DNA of 64,000 nucleotides from Plasmodiophora brassicae (Eukaryota): NCBI GenBank assembly GCA_036867785.1, contig CP145421.1, positions 248,001 to 312,000 of the forward strand, read 5' to 3'. Shown piece by piece: positions 48,044 to 61,191 of this stretch (position 1 is its first letter; each line of letters starts with the position of its first letter). The notes under the pieces were generated by a model. It saw only the letters and a program-made list of their open reading frames with translations, ran no database searches and was not told where the DNA came from. The position numbers and the translations under genes were made by a program.

Positions 48044-49034
48044 TACACTGGCGACATTCGTCGAATTGCTTGCTTTGCACAGGGAGCGCTTGATTAGATG
48101 ACGTTATGTATATGGATCCTCTGGCGGCTAGATTTATTGTGCTTGTGTCGAGTTAGATCCGAGGAAGTGCTCACCGCGGGGTGTAGGTAGGTATGTCCGT
48201 TGACGTTATGTTGCTCTGCCGGGCTTGCCATATGAGGCAAGTTGGGGGACATTTCGGGCGCCTTGACATGGCCATGGGACTTGTTGGGGTCATCGCACAT
48301 CCCCGAGCTGGATGGGGAGCCAAAAGGGCCAAACGCACTCTTCCCCGAGTTGTCATTTGCTTCGACGCGCGTACACCAACGCTGCGATGCTGCGTACATC
48401 CTGAGTGATGTCGCCGAGCGTCGGCCCGGCTCCTGGCGAGTCAGAATTCCGTTCCTACAGGTCACGGCCGTGAGCCATTTCTGCGTCCATCGAAGCGAAT
48501 TTGCTGCGGCGTTGGCGGTTTCCGTCGTCATGGTCTTGACGAAAGTGTGTCATCTACTGTCTGCGTGCAGAAGAAATACCGAACGCGCGAATGACCAGGT
48601 GTTTCGACGTTTCCTGGCTATGAACCATTTCAGACCTTCTATGACTAGCCCCGACTACGGCGACTCGTAGATCGGTACCTACGACTATAGTTATCCGCGG
48701 TTGGCCTGTTCCGTTTTCAAAAATAGCATGGCCTGGTTTGGGCTGCGGCGCTGCGCCGGCGCTAGTGCGAGCACGCGCCAGCATCCTGTTGAAGCTCCGT
48801 GCTGCGGTGCGATGCTCGATGGATGATGATGACCCGATTGCTGAACGAATCGCGCAACGCCGATCTTCCCTGTCCACCTGGCAGACGCAGTTCTAAAGCC
48901 TGTCTGGCGAACTTCCCAGCCGATACTGGGCAAATGCGGCGTCCGGGTCATTGGCAAGGGCGGCGTGGAATGATTTCTGTGTCTTGTCGGCTCATGCGCA
49001 TCGAAATCGAACTGGGTTAAGTGCACAACGAAGA

Positions 49035-49529
49035 GCACATCGAGTGCCACGAAACGCTTTCACATCGTTCACGGCATACCCTCTGGCAAGACAGCCGCCC
49101 TCCAGATGAACGTGTCTGCACTAGCCAAACATATTGAGATGTCGAACGATGCGTTTCGGGTGGACCCCGCAAGCCGCAAAGGTAACATCGTTGAAGCCAA
49201 CGACGATAAGAGCGACAGCGACGTATCTATCCAGATTGAAGATGACAAGGGCCTCAATTGATTTGGCCGGCAAAGGTGGCACGCTTTTCGTCATATACTT
49301 TTTGCCGGCCAAATCAATTGAGGCCCTTGTCATCTTCAATCTGGATAGATACGTCGTTGTCGCTCTTATCGTCGTTGGCTTCAGCGATGTTACCTTGCGG
49401 GGTCCACCCGAAACGCATCGTTCGACATCTCAATATGTTTGGCTAGTACATACACGTTCCTCTGGAGGGCGGCTGTCTTGCCAGAGGGTATGCCGTGAAC
49501 GATGCGAAGGTTCGTGGCATTCGATGTGC
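49035..49529. repeat. Long hairpin: ~230-240-bp arms, ~22-nt loop
   Basis: Left arm 49035-49276 vs right arm 49299-49529; a few substitutions and one 8-nt bulge (gccgcaaa). Confidence 0.95.
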
Positions 49530-51121
49530 GCACATGTCTGGCATCATTCGATCGGAAATCGAACGCCATCGCAATATTCTCTTGGGCCTTTGCTCGTCCA
49601 GCAGTATTAATTCGCGGCTGGGCAGATGGCCAGTGTTTCAAGGATAAGTATGGTCCTTTCGTGCTGAAAGCGCTGCGTTTCAACGAATACCCTCTCGCGG
49701 TGACGTCTGGCATTGACGGCGCCGGCGTCTTGCGGTGGGGATCGTAGTCGGTTACGCCGGTCGATCTGCCCTCTGAGGTCAGGTGATCTCGGCCTTATTC
49801 ATGCAGTCATACCGCACATCGCGCGAGGTCATCGTGCAGCTAGCGTTTCTACGCCTGGACGCGTTCGAATTGAACTTGATGTACCAGCTCGGGTTCCCTG
49901 TGTTCGATCCGACAACTGGGACTGCAACTGCAAGGGTTGTTCTATCGTGCGCTGTACGTACTCCCTTCTACATCTGCTCATGTTTCTTCTGGTTTAACGT
50001 AGATCTTATTTGTGGCAGACGTTAGACTACAAGGAGTTCAGCTTGACAACTCGTTGCTCCCAAGGCGGAAAGCAGGACGCCTGCAACAGATGCCACGTTC
50101 AAGGCTACGCAGATGTTGCTGTTACGTTAATCGGATTTAACCGTTGCAGATCATAGGCGCGTGTCTCTTCCGAACACAGGATGCTGATACCTCCTAACTT
50201 GAAGTCGAGCAATTGTCATTTCCTGGCGAACTTCACTGACGGCGGCCTCTACCTTGGAACAACCGCGATGTTCTGCATGCTTGAGTTACCGCATCACGAT
50301 GGTCATGACCAATCGACATTTTCCCGATTGTCCGCGTTTCCTCCTGGAAGAAGCTCAAGCGCGCTAGCAGCCCTGTCGGCGGGAGACTGCGACAGTCCAT
50401 CAGAGGTTCGCACGATCTTCGTTGATGTTTCTCATGTATTGAATTGTACCTACAATTGTTCAGGCGATCCAATCCGTCCTGGTGATGCCGGCTCGGTAGC
50501 TCCCACCAACGCACCTTTCTGTTCCGTCCAGAGGGTGCGTCTCCACCACACGATTGTCGAATGTGGGCCTGATGCTGCTTCTCCACCACACACTGATACC
50601 GACGACGATTTTATTCTTCAAATGCCGTCACCGGTTTACGAACGGTTTGTCGGGCGAGGACCTCACCTGCCCTTGACGCCGGAACGCAAGGCGCTATGTG
50701 CCTGGTTTCCGGGTGTGTATGCTAGGTACTGCTCCTGTGTGCGTGTATGGATCCGAAATCGAGGACGCTCATTGCTCCCGTGTGTCAGTATTTACACATA
50801 GGCAGCGGGAGCGGAACTGTCCCGCTAAGAACGCCGTCCTGCACCAGAGGATCCTCTCGGAGGGGCCGGTGCAAGTGGGCCTGCCTGCCGAAGAGTGGAT
50901 CTTGGCCGACACTCGCCAACGTGTGTCGATTATTTAGAATTCCATTTATTCATTCGTAATTTGTCGAAGTCATCAAACAGCACAGAAGAGCACTGCACCT
51001 GAAGATGGGTCAGGTTCGTCACCGCGCCTCGTCGGCTGCGGCTGCTGGGTGTCCGCCGTGCAATGCCATATTCAAAGATGTTTCACGTACGTCGAGAACG
51101 TCTGCCTCTGGGGTTTAATTT

Positions 51122-51349
51122 AATAACGGTCTGTTTGATGTGCAGTGCATCACGATCATTTGTTCGAGTTCCTGTCGCAGATCCGAAATGAGTTCGTCCG
51201 GATGGCGGACCAGCCCGTGTTCGCCAGCTGTAAATTCCTTTCAATGGCGAACACGTGCTGGTCCGCCATGTTGACGAACTCATTTCGGATCTGCGACAGG
51301 AATTCGAACAAATGATCGTGTTGCACTGCACATCAAACAGACCATTATT
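51122..51349. repeat. Hairpin: 105-bp arms, 18-nt loop
   Basis: 51122-51226 vs 51245-51349; about 7 mismatched positions. Confidence 0.95.
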
Positions 51350-51764
51350 TACAATGCGTGTGGATACAGGCCCAGTATCAAGGGGTGCCTCCGCATCCAG
51401 CCAATGGTACGCAACGACAACGTTAACATCATGTGTTGGCTCATTGCGTTGAGTGTGAATTTAGACGGCATTGCAGACAGGCACTTTGGAAGGTATGGCC
51501 GTTGTTGGCATCCACTTGCATCATCTGACATGCGGATTGTAGAACATGAGAATGTACTTGTGCCACTTGCCGATCCTGACGGCAAGTCGACGTCGCCCAG
51601 CAAGTCTGTTTGACCCGACCGAGCTCTCTCTTCTTATAGAATGCGGCACCGTGAAGCGACCCAGTAGCGACACTAGGCCGGGGGTACGATTCGCATGCCG
51701 CTAATTCGTGGGATATCGCTGTACTGTTGGATCGAACCCATCATGGAAGCCTAGGGGGCCAGCA

Positions 51765-54700
51765 ATGCGCGAGATCTGGCGGACCACGACGTGGAATGGC
51801 GTCTTCCAGGACGCCGACCTCGGCGTGGCCGGGTCCGCATCGCACGTCGACGACCTGTCCGTCGTGATTAGCACCATCGCTGACCACGCCACGATCGACG
51901 CCCCGTTCTTCGCTGCCCTTCGCGATGCGGCCTCATTCGCCGATAAGCACCACAAAGCCAGGATCGCTGCCGACGACGACGTCTCGCTGTGCGCCCTGAT
52001 CAACGAAGCCACTGGACGGGTGACCGGCCTCGAACCCGGCCAGGTCCTCATCGTGCCCTGCCGTGCGGGGCGCCCGGACCTATTCATCGTCGTCACCATC
52101 GGGCGACGATCGCAACGCGCGTTCGACTTGACATTGACCAACGTCTCCCGAGACGCGACGCTCAACGCCTACCATCCCGGGTCGGCGAGCGGCACCGGGC
52201 GCCTGCTTCGCCAGTCGTCGCTGACGTTCCAGGACGTCGATATCGCGCACCTGACCGACGGCGCGTGGTGGTGGGCGCTCCTGTGCATGCCGGACGAGAA
52301 CGCGCGCGCTTGGGCGCTGCTCTACGATGGCGTCATCCCCAACGCACTCGGCGTGCACACGTTCGCGGCGTGCCGGGACCGGATCGTCAGCGCACCGATG
52401 CGGTGCCTGCCGAGGTCGGATCGCACCAACGCGGTGCGTGTCGTGCAGCACGCCCTGCAATCCGCCCTGCAACGCTATCGGGGCGTGTCGTACGCGGACG
52501 CACGCGCCGTCTGGACCCGCCTCCAGACTGCGCTGCTGAGCGAGGCGCGCGACGACCTGCTTGCCAGGCACCCAGAGCTAACCCGGGCCGATCGGGACGC
52601 CCTTCGCGCCGGGTGCGATCGCGTCGCCGATCGCGTCCTGACAAACGCCATCGCCCCGTTCCTTGCCGAACCGGATGACGGACACCCTACCGTTGCGTCG
52701 AACGACGACGTCAGGTACGAGGCGTTCCCGTTCGCCGAGGCCGCGTACGACAACACGGGCGATGGGATTCGCGCCCGTCGAGTTTCCGCACCGGCGCCCG
52801 CGGACGCCCTGGGCGCGGCGCTGTCCTCGTTGCCGGTCTCGCTGGTGGCGCTGCGGGGAATGACCTGCAGGACGGTCCCCGACCTGGTCGCGCTCCTCGA
52901 CGAGTACTGGACCGTGTCGATGGCGATGCCGGCGCTGACGACGCTGTCCGCCTCGGTGTACGTCGCCCTCGTCCGGCACCTGGCCGTCGTGCAACTCGCG
53001 GATGGCATGCGAGCCTGGCCGGACACGGTGCCGTTCGTCAGCCGGGAGCACCTGGCCGCGCGGCTCGTTGCCCTGGCACAACGGTACACCTGCGCCTATG
53101 CCGCGTTACCGGTGCGGGAACCGGGAAGCGTCCACGGCGACGAGCACGTCATCACGCTGGCCGTCTTCACTGTCGCCATCATGCGTATCGTGGACAGGCG
53201 CGACGACGTGCGCCTAGTCGTTCCCCCGGTTGGCGACCTGCGCGCCCGGCACGATGAATGCCGTTCCGCGTGGCGCCTGGCGCGGTCCGCCCTGCACGCG
53301 CCGGCGGCAACGGTCACCCTCGAGTGGCGATACGCGCCCGACTGGACGCTATCCGTCGACGGGCTGACGACGTCGTTCCTGTCCGATGACGGGCTGACCG
53401 CGATCGGCACCGTCGCGATGCTGCTGACGCATGCGGTGCTGTGCGCGCGCACGCACGCACCCACGCCGTACACGGGTGCGTGGAAGCACGGCAAGGTGCA
53501 GTGGCAGTGGGGCGACGACGACGACGACGATGGCCCCACGGCCGCGGATTGGTCCCCCATCCTGGGCGTGGCGCCCCGGGCGCTGAACGCCCCGATCGAC
53601 GCCGACCCGTTCTCGGTCACGTCGCTCCTGCTGACGTGCCGAGACGGTGCGTGCGACCCGCCGGAATCGGTGCGGACGGCGATCGTCGACGCGCTGACTG
53701 TCGCACGCGAGGTCGACGACGACGAGCGCGATCTCCTTCGCCACGCCGGCGAACTGTGCGTCGAGGTGCGTGCGAGGCATCGGCACCCGAGCACGGACGT
53801 TGCCGTCTGGATCGCGGACGTGTACCACGTCTGCCAGGTGCCGCTGGACGGCGACCTGATCGCGCTGCTGAACCAGCGGTACCGGGCGGCCGTCGACGCC
53901 GGCGACGTGGACGCGGCGCTTCGTCTGGCGCGCGCCCTGGTGTGCCAGGACGGCGTTAACGCCGGCGCGCGGGAGCTCCATGCGGCGCCGGGTGCGTTGA
54001 TCATGGCGGCGGGGCAGCCGGAGTTCATCATCGACGCCGTTGGCCACCTTCTGGACCGGTGCCCGGATCTCGCCCATCGCCCATCGGCCTGGTGCGACGC
54101 GTTCCTGGACGGCGTCGTGCACGCGTCCCTGTGCGAGGATGCCGCCGCACACGCCCTTGTCAAGAGGCAACGTGCCTCGGCTGCCCTGACGACGCCGAAC
54201 GCTGCGCTGTGGGCCGGTCAACGGACGACGTATACTCGGAGAGGCGCGGTGCCCATCAGCGTCGACACGACCCTGTCGCTCGTCTGGGGGCACCAGGCCT
54301 ACCTGCACCCGCTGCCCGCCTGGATCGCCGCACACCCCGATATCGCATTGGTGATCCCCGAGGCCGACCCGCCGCCCGCGATCTGGGTGCACCGATCCCC
54401 GACCTCGGGGCGCATGCGCCTGTTGCACAGCAACGTACAGATCGAGGTGCGGTGGCTCAACCGTTTTATGGGCGCTTCTAACTCGGCGCGCAGGAAACCG
54501 AGGCAGCCGGGCGCGCCGACCGCGATGACGAGTTCGCGGTGGATGCCCTGTCGGCGGATACGGGGTGGGTCGGCACGGTCCTGGACTCGATCATGTCGGT
54601 GGAGCTGGGCGGCGGATGGCGACACGAGCTCGGCCAGCACGTGCGCCTCAGGGCGCATGCCATCGCTGACGGCGCGTCTCGTTACGCGCTGCTGCTGATG

Positions 54701-57700
54701 ACCTGGCATCGAACGGGGCAGACCGCCAACGTCATCGTCGAGCGGGACCCGCCCGTGATGCGCGTCCTGCAACGACGGGCCTCGGGACCGTACGTCGTTC
54801 GGACGGCGTTATGGAAGTCGGGGTCGACGACAAGCGACCTGTCATGGATACGACGGGGGCCGTCGTTGCCAGATGCCGTCCTGGACGATATTCGAGTGAC
54901 GCGCGTGATGTCGGACGGGCACCAGCAGGTGCTCTGCCCGGCGCGGTTCCTTCGCGGCGTCGTCCCCGACCCGATCGTCGACCAGATGACGTTCTGGCGC
55001 GTGGAGCTCGACGTCACCGACGACGTCCTCGTCGGGAAGCTCGTCGGATACCCGCACCGCACCGCCAGGGACATGCCCGGCGCTCAGATCGTGCTCTACC
55101 CGACCCGGTCGGTCACGTCGGCACCATCCCCTGTGGTCGTCGCCCACGTCCAGATGGTCCCTGTCGAGGATGACGTCGAAGAAGCGATCAGGTCAGGTTG
55201 CCGCGCAGGCCTATATGACGCGGCGCGCTAATATTGCTCGGCGGGGGGCAGCGTTCTCGATGACAACGGCAGGTACGCCCGACGGCGCGTCCTTCAGGCG
55301 AATCGCAAGCTGGGGACGTTGAACGACGACCACATGCAGCGCGGCGTATGGCGGGCGGTCTCGCTGGACCAGTCGTGCCCGATTCTGACACGCGCGTCGC
55401 TCGGCGCGCGATTCGCATCGCTTGTCGGCCACGACAGCGACAACGTCCTCACCTGGTTGAGCAACACGGCGGGGACCGCTCGGCACTTTCAGACGTCGAT
55501 GGTGCCAGCATGGTCCCCGACGTCCAGCCAACGTTTTCCGCTTCACCGGCTGGACGTCGGGTCGGTTGTCCTCGACTCTGACGAAGGTAGACTCCTCAGT
55601 CGCCATCACCGAGCCACGATCGGCGTTGTTGCCGACGACGGCGACGATGACGTCGACGTACGGTTGGGCCTTGCTCCGCATCTCGTCCTTGCCGACAATC
55701 GTTGTTGTCGGTATCTGGCGCTGCCAGGGCCCGTGACGATCCCGATGCACATCTCGCTTCGGTTCGCAATGCCACACGGCAACCGGCAGCGGCTGGCCCT
55801 GGCCGACGCGTTCGTCGCCCAGCGCGATTACGTCGCCGCCCTGCAGCAGATCGCGTTCGTTCGCCCGCACGACCAAGCGGTCCCACCTCCACTGCAGGCC
55901 ATCAATGCCGACGGTTCCCCGATGGGCACCGCCATGCGGCTGCACTGCCTGGCGATCGGCAACCCGGCCATTGATGCACTCGTGTACGGCTCCTTGCCGT
56001 CCCACGTCGAACGCTACGTGGAATGCGTGAAGAGGGTCCCCACCGACATTCGCCTTGAGATCGACACCGAGCGGCCGCTTCTCCAGCGAGTCGCCCGCGA
56101 TTCCTGGCTGGCCCGATGCCGATTGGCGTCCCTGTCTGCGTTGGAATCCGGCCAGGGCACGTTCACCGTCGAGGCGCCCGTTCCCCAGGAGGAGGCCGCC
56201 GTCAACGCGTGCCCCGATTCGATTCCGGCCCTGGTGGCGTCTGCATCGGGCGACGACGTCATCTACGCACGGGTCGTCGAGGACAACGTGTGCCGCGGTG
56301 CGTCCGCCCGGCGCCTGTGCCGATCCGTTTGGGACGCCGTCTTGAAGCAGGGGCCGGCGCGGTCGTCAGCCCAGTCGTTCTTCCAGATGTACGACCTGCT
56401 GTCCGGGTCGGCGTCCGTCGAGGTGGCCCCGGGGCAGACCTCGTCCGGGCGCACGTTCGCACTGCTGTGCGCGCCGATGCTGCTCGGCGGCCCGCACTCG
56501 TTCGCACTCGCACTGCTGCGATCCGTCACCCGCGCCTGTGCCAACCTGGCGCCCATGCTGCCGGCGCTGGCGTCATCACCATCGTCTTCTGCTCACGACG
56601 CCGTCGAGTTCCTGTCCAGGAATTGCGTCCCGGTCGATCTGCCGGATTCGGCACGCGACGACCCGGTCGCACCGGCGCGTACCGTTACGGTTGCAGAAGG
56701 CGCCCGCCCTGGGGCACGACCTGCGACGATGGAGGACCCGCCTGGGAAGCATGACGTGTCGTCGTGGGCGGCAGACGACGTTGCCCAATTGGTGCGGGAG
56801 CCGCTGAGCCGGGTGCGGGATGACGTGCTCGTGACCCGCCAGGCGCAGTCCATCGAGCTGCTGGCGCAGATCAGCATCCAGCACATGGCCGAACAGGACG
56901 CGTTGATGGGCGACATCACCTACGACGACGATGACGACGATGGCGACGCGTCCCGGACGGCGTCGCCGTCCGGCCCGAAAGAATCGCCGCTGGACGCGCT
57001 GAAGCGACTATCGGGCACGCTGCGCGCCGGGCGCCGCGCCGACCTGGAACGGGCCGCTCTGCACTGGCAGCGATGGCGGTCAAGCAGCAGCAGCAACGAC
57101 GCCGGCGACCTCGTCCGGCATTACCTGTTCGTGCTGCGCGCTCATCGTCAGGGCGAGGCCCTGGGCGTCGTCACGGCCGGCATCGGGCGCGTCACGCCGG
57201 ACCTGATGCAGTCGGACCTGCAGGCCGCACTGCGGGCCGCCCTTGATGCATTCGACGAGCTGCTCGCGCTGTGCGCCTCGTCGAGCCGGGCGGCCTGGTT
57301 CCCGGGCGACGCCCGCGCCGTCGACATCGGCCTGCTGCGGGCGGAATTCATGACGACGAGGCCGATCGACGGCGCCCTGCTCACGAATTCGCCGGCGACG
57401 ACGTCCCTGCAACTGGTTGCGTCCCAGGCGGTCCTGTCGCGGCCCGCGCTGCGCGTTCTCGTCGTACCGGTCGGGTCCGAACGCGTCGCAAGGCCTGGCC
57501 TCGTGAACGCCGTCGTGCTGACGGACGACGACACCGCGTTCCCCGAGCGATTCGCCATCGTCGTGTGCAGCGGCCGGACGCTTCTTCGACTTCGTGGGGC
57601 GAAGATCGATGACGTCTGCGTCGAGGACGTCGACCGAGTCGTGCTCGACACGGCGCGGTGCACGGTGCCCGGGCCGGCGCCTTCCTGGACGCCCGGGGAC

Positions 57701-60700
57701 CCCAGGCGCGTTCCCCTGGCGCTCCACGTCGTGTCATCGTTGGCGTCCTGGCAGCACGCCGACGACACCGCCTGGATGGAGAAGCTTCACTACAACCGCC
57801 CCGAGTTCCTCCGGTCGCTGGCCGCCGTCCACACACAGCTGGATCGGGGCGCGCGCCGATGCGCGCTGTGGCACCAAAGCGGGAAACGTGCCGCAGTCAT
57901 CCTCGCCTTGCCGTCCTGGTACGCGGACGAGCTTCGCGCCGTACTCGCCGACTGGATCGTCGTCTACTTCAACGCGTTCGCCCCCGACTGCGCACTCGGT
58001 CGGGTGCGGATGGCGCTCGCCGACCCGCGCCGACCCGACGACTGCCCCGCCCTGGTCGCCGACGCGCACGCCTGGATCTACGACGCCCTGCCCCGCCTCA
58101 TGCAAATGATGCACGGGCGGGATTACGCGCTCGGCCAGGACGGGTGGACGCCCGCGGAACCTGCCCAGTGGAAATTCCGCGAGGCCCATATAGCATTCGG
58201 GACGGCGATTTTCGCCGCGCATGAGATCGCTGACGACCGCCCGACGCATAGCGACATGCACGAGCGGTTGCTATCGCATATTCTGCCGCTGGCCGGCATG
58301 CATTGCACGTCGCCTGCGCCGGTCGCCGACCAGCTGTTCCGAACCAGCGGCACGGTGATTGAGCGCGCGCGTCCCGCACCGTCTGCGGCGACGAAATCGC
58401 TCCTGACGGCGATCAGAACAGTGGACCTGCGCCTGAACAAGCCCGGCGCTGTTGTAAACTCCCTGGCGCGATCCGGATCCCATGTCATCATCGACTTGGC
58501 CGGTCACCTCGACGAACAGCAATCTGACCTAGGCGCCCACTCGGGGAAGGCCTTCCCTGCTGGCATCGTCCACGAAGCGTCCGACGGGCACTTAAAGCGA
58601 TGGGTGCCGTCGATTGGCGCCGATGCGCATCATGACACACCAGACAGGGTTGGCGCCGTCCTGGTCGATCGTCGTCTGGCGAGGGCAGTCCCCGCCCTGC
58701 AGTACGCGTTATCGTTGATCGATACGCCGAAGACGGCTACGGTAGTCATCGTGACGGTGTCACATGACAGCCGACTCGCCGACCTCGAGCGTGCGCTGGC
58801 AACGGTGGCCCCAGCGCCTGCCGTCGCTGTACACGTTGTCGTTCCCGTCGACCTCATGCAGCACATCGCGCTGTACATTGCCCAGAGCGCCGACAGCGAC
58901 TTCCGGATCACCAAGGACCACCTCGTCCAGTGGCTGATGCGCCCGACCGACAGAAACCTGTCCGCGCCGGCGTTGACCAACGCGCCGTCTGCGTACCCCA
59001 CGTGGCAGTGCCTGCACACGCCCGCGCCTGTGCCGAAATACGCACCGGGGACGCCACTGGATCCCGCCTTGTACAAAGACGTCAGCCAGTTCGCGTACGC
59101 GCTCCAGGACATTCGGTTCGTTGGTGTCGCGCCGCCATGGCCAGCATCGCGGGTCCACATCTCGAAACGGGTACTACCCGCATTGAACGTCGACGTGTCC
59201 ATGTCGATACCGGCGATCGACGCCGTCGTCGAGCTCGCTTCGCACGATTTCGTGGCGATCGCCGCCGATGAGATCAGCGTCGTTGCGCGCGCCCACCCGG
59301 ATTGCATCGTTCGTCACACGGCCACCGGACACGTCATGCGAGGCGATCGCGGCGCGGACGGCGCGTTCGAGTCCTTGGTCGTCAAGGTTATCGATGGGCG
59401 CTGCATGTCCACGTTGACGCCCAGCGACGTCGTGCGCCTGACAACCGGCTGCGACGTCACCGAGTTCCTGGACGCCGTCGAGCGCGTCCGTCTGAATCGG
59501 TGGACGATACCGCCGTGGCGGCAGACCGCACTCGGGCAGTCGCTGCACCGCATGTCGACGTACGATGCCGCGAAGCTGCGCCTGCAGTACGCAGTCGAGG
59601 CTGCAGGCCCCAGTGCGGAAGAAGTGCGTGGCACGCCGCAAAAGCTTACACCTGTTGAGGCCGCCGTGCTACTCGGCGCCCGGTGCGGGTGGAGGGCTAC
59701 GCCCAGCGATGTGGACACGTTCCTCAGCGTTTTCAAGGGAGATGTGGTCGCCAGCACGCTCCTGGAGCCGCTGTACGTCGTCGGCGACGCAGCGCGCGCG
59801 GCTTTGGCATCGTTCTTAGTTCGCCGCGAGCGTCGAGAAGCACTGCGGAAGGTGACGGCAAGGGTACAGGAGCGGCAAGCGCGGATGGCGGAAGAGGAAC
59901 GCCAGCGAATGGAAAGCCTGCGACGATCCCAGCGGATGGTCGGGGAGCTGCGAGCCGCCGAACAGTCGGCACGACAGCACCTCGTCGAGTGTCGTCTTCG
60001 CGAGGAGAGGGAAGCGTGGCAGGAATGGGTCGCGTCGCATCGCGTCACGGTGTCGCCTTCGCAGCCGACTCCGTTCTCCCCGGAACGTGTACCTCCTCGT
60101 CATCACGAGCCGATGATGACGTCCGCCAGGTGGCGAACTGTCCTAACGACTGTCGCGAGGGCCGACGCCCTCGAACGAGCACAGGAGGTGGTCAGGCTGG
60201 AGACGCGGGCGATGATGGCGGAATGGGTCGAGGGGCAACGCCACTGGATCCGTACAGCCATGTCTGATCTGGACGCCTTCGAACGGAGCGCTCAGCGCGC
60301 TTCGTCGCTGACAGCGTCCGCGAACTGGAGCGCCGAGGATCGTCAAGCTGTGAACCAAGAGACGACATTAGGGCATCCGGCCGTATACGAGGGCGTTAGC
60401 GGGACGTCACCCAGGCCGCCGGCGACCCTACCGGGGATCGTCGAGCATGGCAACTCGCTGATCAAGCTCAGCAAGGCATCCCAGGTGCGCGTCGACGTCG
60501 TCGAGCGGCAAGGGCGCAGGCGGGACCTCGTTCGACAGATGATGATGCTGGTGAACAACAAGAGCCCGCACACGTCGACAGTCCTGGGAGCGCTGACACA
60601 GACGGATCTGTCGATGATGTCGGACGCGGAAATACGCGCGCTGGCCAAGATCGTCCAGGACGAGGCGGGACTGATGGCCGAGGAGCAACGGCTAATGGAG

Positions 60701-61180
60701 AACGACGACGAACTGCTGCTGAAACTTCAACGCTACGAACAGGAGATGAAGAGCATCGTGGAGACGCGAGACCGCCTGCACGTCTACATGACGCATTTCG
60801 ACGATGCCAAACGATCCGTGATGCGGTCGATGTCTGGCGAGGGCAGCGCAGGCGCTGACAAGGATGGCGGGCAGACGACAACGACAGAGCACCTGTCAGG
60901 GATCATGTCGTTGAGCAGGTTCAGCAAGACCGAGCAGCATCACGTCGACGACGACGAGTACAAGGCGATGGAGGACGCCATCCAGCAGCACCCAATCGAC
61001 ATCTTCAAGCAGATGGGTCAGGACCCATGCCCGGTCAACCCGATCGCGAGGCCTGGGGCAGCGCACGAAGACGCCACGAAGGCGGACCCGGCCGCTGTCC
61101 AGTGGCCGTTCCCGGTCGTCCTGCCGCGGCACAGACGGAAACGCGCCGCCCACAGGCGCCGGCACAAACCGCCTGCATAA
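51765..61180 (+). CDS. Giant (~3000 aa) protein, distantly DUF3638/DUF3645-like with coiled-coil C-terminus; about 2 introns
   Basis: Joined ORFs 51708-54698, 54539-55231 and 55319-61180; motifs VCVEDVDRVVL, HAWIYDALPRLM, WKFREAHIAFGTAIF, VIIDLAG; family call from memory only. Confidence 0.6.
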
Positions 61181-61191
61181 AAGGACGATGT

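Noticed and set aside
42227-51349. Hairpins as rho-independent terminators or one MITE family
   Set aside because: Stems are far too long and lack U-tracts; the arms are mutually unrelated, one is gag coding sequence, and I saw no target-site duplications
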